Source: Octopus vulgaris
Lineage: Eukaryota
Length of the DNA stretch: 64,000 nucleotides
NCBI GenBank assembly: GCA_951406725.2
Contig: OX597839.1
Coordinates: 16,864,001 to 16,928,000 of the forward strand
Reading direction: 5' to 3'
Position 1 is the stretch's first letter. Each line of letters begins with the position of its first letter. Shown here in pieces: positions 55,249-64,000 of this stretch. The position numbers and the translations under genes are program-made. Below the pieces are notes generated by a model, which was not told where the DNA came from, did no database searches, and was given only the letters and a program-made list of their open reading frames with translations.

Positions 55249-55610
55249 ATTGTTTAATGTACACAGTATAAAGTTATGAGCGGCTAATAGTTTCATACAT
55301 TGGACATGTTTTCCGGGCAAGTTTCAATCACACACTTAGTGTCTCCAAGCAATCTTCAGGCTCTGAGTGCATGGCCTATACAAGTTACAAATCAGGACAA
55401 TAGAACTAGATATAAATCATGTGAATTCCTGGACATTGCTTGGCGGTACTAATTGCATTATTAAAACCTGCCTAGAAAGCATCTCAAATGTATGAAACTA
55501 TAATATATCTAGCTCATAACTTTATATTGTGTATATTAAACAATATATTTATTTCTCACCAGAAGGAGTACTTCTTTTGCTTATCTTACCTTAACAGAAA
55601 AGTAGACTAC
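55249..55610. mobile_element. Imperfect palindromic element with hammerhead-like core (same group as 24650-24975)
   Basis: Inverted arms 55249-55544; minus-strand CTGAAGA at 55359-55353 and GAAACTATTAG; shared tail. Confidence 0.55.
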
Positions 55611-56881
55611 ACACACACACACATACATACACACACACATGCACATACACACTCACACATTCCTTAGCTAAACATTCGATACAGCCAGATCACAAGTGCA
55701 ATTTTGGCCTAGAGAAAGGAACACATATAATAATGGCTCCCCTTAAAATCCATGGATATTGCTAATCATAGTTGTAAAATCCTATAGAAGGGGAATGTAG
55801 CTACAAAAAACATGTGCTTTTCGGAAACGTATGTAGCAATGTATTAAAGGATTTATGACTTTCCACTCAAACGTTTTCATTATTACTATATTTATCCTTT
55901 ACTATAGCCATGCCAGACTATTAACTATCCCATAAAATTACTCTGGGAGATGGGAATAATAAGAGGTAGCCAGAAAAAATAGCATAGGAGCCTTTTATGA
56001 GTACACTCAAAAACGTTTCCCATAAACAAACTTAAAGGACACACACACACACACATACACACATACACACACACACACACACATACACACACACACACAT
56101 TATTAGCTGCAGGTATGACAGTGTGGCAAAGAAGTTGTTCACTTTGCAACAGGAAAGATTGTTTATACAATATTTAGTTACATCATCGTACGTTCGCTTC
56201 ATTAACAATGAATGATTATTTGTGACATGATGTAAGTTTTGTTGTTCTGTTTTGCTTATCTTACCTTAACAGAAAAGTAGACTACACACACACACACATA
56301 CATACACACACACATGCACATACACACTCACACATTCCTTAGCTAAACATTCGATACAGCCAGATCACAAGTGCAATTTTGGCCTAGAGAAAGAAACACA
56401 TATAATAATGGCTCCCCTTAAAATCCATGGATATTGCTAATCATAGTTGTAAAATCCTATAGAAGGGGAATGTAGCCACAAAAAACATGTGCTTTTCGGA
56501 AACGTATGTAGCAATGTATTAAAGGATTTATGACTTTCCACTCAAACGTTTTCATTATTACTATATTTATCCTTTACTATAGCCATGCCAAACTATTAAC
56601 TATCCCATAAAATTACTCTGGGAGATGGGAATAATAAGAGGTAGCCAGAAAAAATAGCATAGGAGCCTTTTATGAGTACACTCAAAAACGTTTCCCATAA
56701 ACAAACTTAAAGGACACACACACATTATTAGCTGCAGGTATGACAGTGTGGCAAAGAAGTTGTTCACTTTGCAACAGGAAAGATTGTTTATACAATATTT
56801 AGTTACATCATCGTACGTTCGCTTCATTAACAATGAATGATTATTTGTGACATGATGTAAGTTTTGTTGTTCTGTTTTGCT
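55575..56881. repeat. Tandem duplication (675-bp and 625-bp units)
   Basis: Near-identical units differing mainly in (CA)n length; TTTTGCT at all three junctions. Confidence 0.9.
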
Positions 56882-57059
56882 CTGTTTTCCATATGTACTG
56901 TGTGACATACCCAGCTGTGAATACCCAGCTGTGGATTCCTATCAAATGATACAAGGACAATTGTATGAATCCTCTTCAAAGCTTCTCTTCAGGTGTATAG
57001 AATTACAAATGGGGGTTGAAAAACTGATTGTGATGCAATTTAAAATATATATATATATA

Positions 57060-57472
57060 TAGTAACTCTTGATTATCGTGGATGTTATGTTCCAAAACCC
57101 CTTGTGATGGGGGAAAATTTGTATATATATTTTTTTATAAATGTAAAACAACACCAAACACTCACCACCCTAGTTTCATTTTCACAGTATGTGCAGTTCT
57201 TTGCTTACTCATCTACAGTACATTACGTATTTTCTTTTAATATATTTTAATTAATGTGTTATACAGTGCAGTACTGTACTCTATTTTTATTTATTAATTT
57301 TTAGGTGTGAAAATTCTTATTTTACCACAGAAATAATTAAAATCTAAAACAATATAAATACCTATTGGCTGCAGAAACACATGATATACTGAGGAGTCTG
57401 TGATATAAATCTACATATGTTAGCCAGAAAACACTTCGATGTACTGAGGGTGTGATAGGTGACCCACGATTG
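57060..57472. mobile_element. Possible decayed Tigger/mariner-type non-autonomous DNA transposon
   Basis: Ends resemble CpG-decayed pogo/Tigger termini (AGTAACTCTTGATTATCGTGG..GTTCCAAAACCCC; GTGATAGGTGA.CCACGAT); recognised from memory only. Confidence 0.35.
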
Positions 57473-57672
57473 ACCTATATGGTGAGTGATTACTGTAAAT
57501 ATATGATAGATCGCTACCCACTACACATTCTTTATTTTCTCTCCTTGTTTCTTTCTGTGTACTTATCCGTGGAAGAGCGTAGGCTCGAAACATTAAAGAC
57601 TTTTTCACTTCCCGAGCATTATACTAATACATCTATCTGTCCTCGTCTTTTGTTTTTTTTTGTGAATTCTCC

Positions 57673-57705
<33 letters not shown>

Positions 57706-57750
57706 AATGTATGAATGTATGCATGTATATATATATATATATATATATAT

Positions 57751-59102
57751 GCGTGCCATGTACAGGGACGCTGTTAGTAAGGTGAGGGTTGGCAACGAGT
57801 ACAGTGAAGAATTCCAGGTGGAGGTTGGGGTCCACCAAGGCTCAGTCCTCAGCCCCCTCCTATTTATCATAGTCCTCCAGGCAATAACGGAGGAATTCAA
57901 GACAGGATGCCCCTGGGAGCTCCTCTTTCCTGATGACCTTGCTCTAATTGCTGAATCACTATCAGAACTTGAGGAGAAGTTTCAGGTGTGGAAGCAAGGA
58001 TTAGAATTGAAGGGCCTTAGAGTCAATCTAGCTAAAACCAAAGTCCTAATTAGTAGGAAGGTAGACAAATCTCAAACGCCTTCAGGTAGATGGCCCTGCT
58101 CGATCTGTAGAAAAGGCATAGGTTGGAACTCTATAAGATGCACCAAGTGTAAGCTATGGACACATAAGAGGTGCAGCAATGTCAAAGGAAGGCTAACTAG
58201 GAATATATTTTTTGTATGTGGCAGATGCTCTGGTGCAATAAACACTGAAAATGTGCAGAGACCGTCTTCCGCCACATTCCAGGGAGAAAAACTAGAAGTA
58301 GTTGATAGTTTCCATTACCTAGGTGATCAAGTCAGTAGTGGGGGTGGGTGTGCCAAAAGTGTAACTGCTAGAGTAAGAATAGCCTGGGCAAAGTTCAGAG
58401 AGCTCTTACCTCTGCTGGTGACAAAAGGCCTCTCGCTCAGAGTAAAAGGCAGACTGTATGACGCATGTGTACGAACAGCCATGCTACATGGCACTGAAAC
58501 ATGGGCTGTGATTGCTGAGGATATGCGTAAGCTCACAAGAAATGAAGCCAGTATGCTCCGATGGATGTGTAATGTCAGTGTTCATACCTGACAGAGTGTA
58601 AGTACCTTGAGAGAAAAGCTGGACCTAAGAAGCATCAGATGTGGTGTGCAAGAGAGACGTCTACGCTGGTATGGACACGTGGTAAGAATGGATGAAGATA
58701 GTTGTGTGAAAAAGTGCCACACCCTGGCGGTTGAGGTAACCTGTGGAAGAGGTAGACCCAGGAAAACCTGGGACGAGGTGGTGAAACACGACCTTCGCTC
58801 TTTAGGTCTCACCGAGGAAATGACCAGAGACCAAGACCTTTGGAAGTATGCTGTGCGTGAGAAGACCCGGCAGAACAAGTGAGGCCATAACCCGTGGCCC
58901 CTACCTGGGACGTAGTCAGTCCACCTGTGCATACCTTACTTCTTGGGACACATAACTCTACTTGTGAGGACCTGTTGAGGCAAGTGAAAATCAAAATAAA
59001 AGAATCAAATCAAAATCGAAATCGATCCACATCAATGGAATTTGTAGTTTGTGGTACCAGTGCCGGTGGCACATAAGAAAACCATCCGAACGTGGCCATA
59101 GC
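57751..59102 (+). mobile_element. 5'-truncated RTE LINE (RT, PHD-type finger, part of 3' UTR), cut by the assembly gap
   Basis: Homologous to ORF 34726-36489; YADD mutated to FPDD; in-frame stop at 58589-58591. Confidence 0.95.
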
Positions 59103-59202
59103 NNNNNNNNNNNNNNNNNNNNNNNNNNNNNNNNNNNNNNNNNNNNNNNNNNNNNNNNNNNNNNNNNNNNNNNNNNNNNNNNNNNNNNNNNNNNNNNNNN
59201 NN
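59103..59202. other. Assembly gap (100 N)
   Basis: Run of N. Confidence 1.
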
Positions 59203-59397
59203 ACATGTGCATTGTGTTTTTATCTGTCTTTTCCATTTTATTTTGACATGTGCATTGTGTTTTTATCTGTCTTTTCCATTTTATTTTGACATGTGCATTG
59301 TGTTTTTATCTGTCTTTTCCATTTTATTTTGACATGTGCATTGTGTTTTTATCTGTCTTTTCCATTTTATTTTGACATGTGCATATGTTTTTATCTG
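59203..59397. repeat. 43-bp tandem repeat, about 4.5 copies, abutting the gap
   Basis: ACATGTGCATTGTGTTTTTATCTGTCTTTTCCATTTTATTTTG at 59203, 59246, 59289 and 59332. Confidence 0.95.
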
Positions 59398-59727
59398 ATC
59401 TTCCTCTATTTTCTTATACCCAAAGCCAGGGACTTTCTAGCCCTACCTTTTGAATGTACACATATATATATATATATGTGTGTGTGTGTGTATGTATATG
59501 TATATATATATATATATATATACATGGGCATTATGAGGACATAAGCAAGCTAACACTGGTTGTAAGCTGAAGGGATCGGCTGAAAAACAATACAAGCACA
59601 AAGGCACACACGCACACATACAGATGGAGACAAACACAACCACACACACACACATACACATAGATAGGGACACAGAAAAAACAAGGAGAGAAAAAAATGT
59701 GTGTAGTGGCTAACGATCTATCATGGT

Positions 59728-59792
<65 letters not shown>

Positions 59793-60135
59793 GATGTATG
59801 TATATATATATATATATAACTGTTTTGAAAAAAAGAGATTGATTAGAAATTCTCTCACAGTATAGAGGTTTGGACTTAGAAGTGGTCAAGCATAACTTGA
59901 GATGAAAGATATAAATATGTAATGTGAAGAAACAAAAGACCTGGTAATTCAATCTGCAAACATGACTCCGATTAGAGATGGATTTAATGGACAATTGTAT
60001 GTGATAGATTAAAAATATATGAATACACATGATCTTCCTCTATTTTCTTATACCCAAAGCCAGGGACTTTCTAGCCCTACCTTTTGAATGTACACATATA
60101 TATATATATATGTGTGTGTGAATGTGTATTATATG

Positions 60136-60170
<35 letters not shown>

Positions 60171-60382
60171 TCAAATAAAAAACAAAAGATGAAGACAGGT
60201 GGTGTACAAAACAAACAGATGTATTAGTATAATGCTCAGGAATAGAATGGAATAGTATTTTACGTTTCGATCCTACTATCTTTGACGGAAAAGATATTAA
60301 GAGAAAAAAAGTGGAGAGAGAATGAAAAAACAGAAAATGAAAAGTGTGCAAGAGTTCAACAGTCCAATGAATATATTCCTAC

Positions 60383-60437
60383 ATGTATGTATGTATGTAT
60401 GTATGTATGTATGTATGTATGTATGTATGTATGTATG

Positions 60438-60471
<34 letters not shown>

Positions 60472-60575
60472 TGTATGTATGTATGTATGTATGTATGTAT
60501 GTATGTATGTATGTATGTATGTATGTATGCATGCATGCATGCATGCATGCATGCATGCATGCATGCATGCATGTA
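60383..60575. repeat. (TATG)n converting to (CATG)n
   Basis: Directly visible. Confidence 0.95.
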
Positions 60576-60810
60576 TAATCAATATCAGACTTAATTTATT
60601 AAACAGAGTTTAATAAATTTCATCAAATAAATTAAATGAAGCAGATTGGATGTTAAAATGGATTAAGTTTTTATTTCATATTCCCAGACAATTGTTTCAG
60701 GCAAAAGGACCAAAATTTCCATGAGGAAACGATATTAGAAATCTAAGGAAAAAATTCCTATTAAAGGCCGAAGATAAATTCATCCGGATAAATATATAAT
60801 ATATAATATA

Positions 60811-61172
60811 CTAGCACTATGACCCGGCGTTGCCAGGTCATAGTGCTAGTGCATGCATATACAGCTGCATGCGTGCGCACATACACTCGAGTACTGTCCA
60901 AATCTCCGACCAATCATATACAGCTAGCTAGCATTCAATTGGCGTATCAAGTTTCGGGCATTTTGATTGGGTTTTGCATAGAAAATTCACAAAAAAGTCA
61001 CTTCTGTTGATTTTATAATAGCTTTGCAGGGTGACTGGGGAAATGTAAAGATGTGCACAACCACCCTTGGACGGTTTTCAATGACCATAGAAAGTGCAAG
61101 CCCTGTAACTGAAAAATTGTGGATTTGTATAAAGGACACACACACAGACAGACATTTTGCTGTTTATATATA
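60811..61172 (-). mobile_element. Short non-autonomous Helitron (family C)
   Basis: Reverse complement of 22612-22971. Confidence 0.75.
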
Positions 61173-61332
61173 TATATGTACACATATGTATATATATGTA
61201 TGTATGTATACACACACACACAAATTGTATTTGTGAATAAGAGTAAGACTTTGATAAATAAATTTTGAAGATATATTATCCTCCATTCTTCTTTATGATG
61301 TCTTGATTATGTGTGTGTATGTGTGTGTGCGC

Positions 61333-61373
<41 letters not shown>

Positions 61374-61789
61374 TATGCATATATATACATGTATGCATAT
61401 ATCTATCTATCTATCTTTCTGTCTATTTATTTATCTTTCTATCTATCTATATATATATCTACCTGTGTATCTATATATATATATATATTTGTGTTTATAT
61501 GTATGTATACATGCAAATGTATATATCTATATTTGTGTTAATAGATAGCAAGATAAAAGGAAAGAATGTTAAGAGAACAGGTATAAGAAAACGCATAAGG
61601 CAAGTCTGAGAGAAGAGAAGAAGGAAAAAATAAAGAAAAAAAAAACGAAAAAGGTGTCAACATTTCTTTGGGGGTAAACTGAAGGTGGGAAGAAATGAAG
61701 GGGGAGAAAGGGATATGTGCAGCAGACTACAGCAATCTATTAGGTCAATCAAGGTTGATCTGTAAACGTCTGAAACTGGCTCTAACCTT

Positions 61790-62305
61790 TTCATCATCGC
61801 CTCCACCAACACCTTCACCATCACCATCAACATCACTGCAGCAACCATCGCCAACACTGCCATCACCTCCAGCGTCTCGTCTTCACTGCCACCATCATCT
61901 TCACCACCACCACCCTCGTCTTCACCATCACTGTCGACACTGCCGCTGTGTCATCATTGCCACCATCATCTTTGTTGTCATTATCACTGACACTGTTGTC
62001 ACTGCTACCACCATCGTCACCACTAGAAACACCAATACTATCACCACTATCACCACTACCACCACCACATCTACCGCCACCACAACCACCATCACCACTA
62101 CCACCACCACATCTGCCACCACCATCACAACTACCGCCACCACCACCACCACCACCACTACCACCATCACCATCACCACTACCACCACCACCACTACCAC
62201 CACCACTGCCGCCACCACTGCCGGCATCACCACCATCACCACGACATCTACCACCACCACCATCACCACCACCACCACCACCACCACCACTGCTGCTGCT
62301 GCTGC
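61790..62305. repeat. Degenerate (CAC/CAT)n trinucleotide low-complexity tract
   Basis: Directly visible; similar tracts at 9385-9830 and 50860-51250. Confidence 0.9.
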
Positions 62306-63401
62306 ACCTCTCCCGCTGGCTATTGCATATTTCTTCTCCCCCCCTACTCTCCTCACTGCTTCTCCTGTAATCTCTGTGTCTTTCCCCTCCCTCTTTTGCT
62401 TTGACTTCATGTGTGTGGATGCAAACATGCAAACCAAGACAAACAGACAAGCAGGCAGGCAAGTAAAAGATGCAGACAGAGAGGAAAGGAAAATATTTGA
62501 AACTGTTCCCTTCTGAGGGGCGTGGGTGGGTTGACTGGATGACTGTCCATGTTTCCCTTTTTTTGTTTTCACTTTAGATTACACACACATAGACCAAGAG
62601 ATTCTCAGAGGTACCTTAATCTGTTAGAAATAGCAACGGAAATTTAAAAACCTCAACTTGGGTGACATAGCAGTGTCATTAAAAAGTTATACTTTGCAAC
62701 TAGAGATTTTGGTTCAATTTCCCTGTGCTGCAATTTCAGCCAGTCTCTTGGTTTATCCAATAACTTCTGACTGGAATTTTGATGCCAAAACATATGTAAA
62801 AATCCACCTTTTGCATTAACCATCCGTGTTCTCACTATTTGGCTTTATTTTTCTCATTTTTTCACAGTTTTTAAAATACATCCAACACATGAACTGAGTC
62901 TGAGAGATAGCTTGGAGACATTTGGCGTGTTTTATGAATCTGCCCATTTAAGGTATTGTAAAAGCATGAAACTATTAGTAACTTTTGTAATTTGTGTATT
63001 AAATTCCTATTTATCTCTCACCGGATGAAATACTTTTTTGGTTGATTCTACCTCTATTGGATTTATAATATATGAATATGTCCCTTTAGCATTCAAACTG
63101 GCCATATCCAGTCAAAATAATCTACCTGCTTTATATTCAAATTGGTCAGGTCCTGCCTCTCACACCTACCCTACAATGTCAGATAAACAATCATATCATT
63201 GAAATCTTGAAGTTACAAAATCATGTATAGGGATATGTGTGTGCGCGTGTGCGTATGTAGTATTAATTAATAGTAGGAGATGGATTTCATATTAGTAGGT
63301 ACAACTACAGATGACAACAGGTAGCTTAAACTGTGCCAGTGCTCTACTCAGCATTTAAACACACTAATCTAATTATATGTATTTGCCTAAATTTTCTATT
63401 C

Positions 63402-63443
<42 letters not shown>

Positions 63444-63501
63444 AAATATGAAAGGGTTGAAAATGCATTAAATTTTTAAACACATAATTTTTGTTTAGAT
63501 A

Positions 63502-63638
63502 TAGGTGCAGGAGTAGCCGTGTGGTAAAAACCACATGGTTCTGGGTTCAGTCCCACTGCATAATACCTTGGGCAAATGTCATCTAGCCTTGGGCTGACCA
63601 AAATTTTGAGTGGATTTGGTAGACTGAAAGAAGCCCGT

Positions 63639-63673
<35 letters not shown>

Positions 63674-63945
63674 TCATCATTTAGCATCCGCTTTCCATGC
63701 TAGCATGGGTTGGACGGGTCAACTGGGGTCTGTGAAGCTGGAAGGCTTCGTCAGGCCCCGTCAGATCTGGCAGTGTTTCTACGGCTGGATGCCCTGTGTG
63801 TGTGTATTTGTCCCCCCACTTCACCACTAGACAACTGGTGTTGGTGTGTTTACATCCCCATAACTTAGTGGTTCAGCAAAAGGGACTGATAGAATAAGTA
63901 CCAGGCTTAAAAATAAGTACTGAGATCGATTCCTTCAACTAAAAA
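63502..63945 (+). mobile_element. CORE-type SINE with an RTE 3' end (63671-63795, minus) nested in its internal (TA)n
   Basis: Head plus ACCTTGGGCAAAT core; insert matches 18794-18918; SINE resumes at 63796. Confidence 0.8.
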
Positions 63946-64000
63946 TTTGAATGGGATAAATTAACCCCAAGTGGGGGGTAAAAATGAAATTCTTGTGGGT

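Noticed and set aside
59203-59397. CRISPR-like regular repeats
   Set aside because: Contiguous 43-bp units with no spacers, in eukaryotic context with no cas genes
61695-62572. Mucin-like Thr-rich, Pro-rich and Gly-rich ORFs
   Set aside because: Trinucleotide low-complexity tract open in multiple frames
63082-63225. CCCTTTAGCATT start resembling a piggyBac-type MITE end
   Set aside because: No TTAA target site and no convincing second TIR

Overview
AT-rich, repeat-saturated eukaryotic DNA with no recognisable host protein-coding exon. It is most likely intronic or intergenic sequence from a cephalopod such as Octopus; this is inferred from the repeat families, not proven. The long Ile/Tyr/Val/Cys/Met ORFs in the track are translations of (TA)n/(TATG)n microsatellites. 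Real coding remnants all come from transposons: CR1-group LINEs (5790-6430, 38903-40372, 41842-44798), RTE LINEs with a PHD-type finger inside the RT (34486-37396, 57751-59102), an old RTE endonuclease relic, a Helitron PIF1-helicase fragment, and a decayed Penelope-like GIY-YIG endonuclease that the ORF track misses. Many tRNA-derived SINEs are also present. Four things stand out. (1) Several short, often palindromic, non-coding elements carry hammerhead-ribozyme-like cores, including a head-to-head pair joining a tRNA-like Pol III head to such a core; these may be non-autonomous Penelope-dependent elements. (2) Helitrons occur in tandem and nested arrangements with exact A|TC...CTAG|T ends. 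(3) LINEs repeatedly sit inside (TA)n tracts. (4) One CR1 copy has a twin-priming-like 5' inversion. There is a 100-N assembly gap at 59103-59202. All alignments were done by eye.
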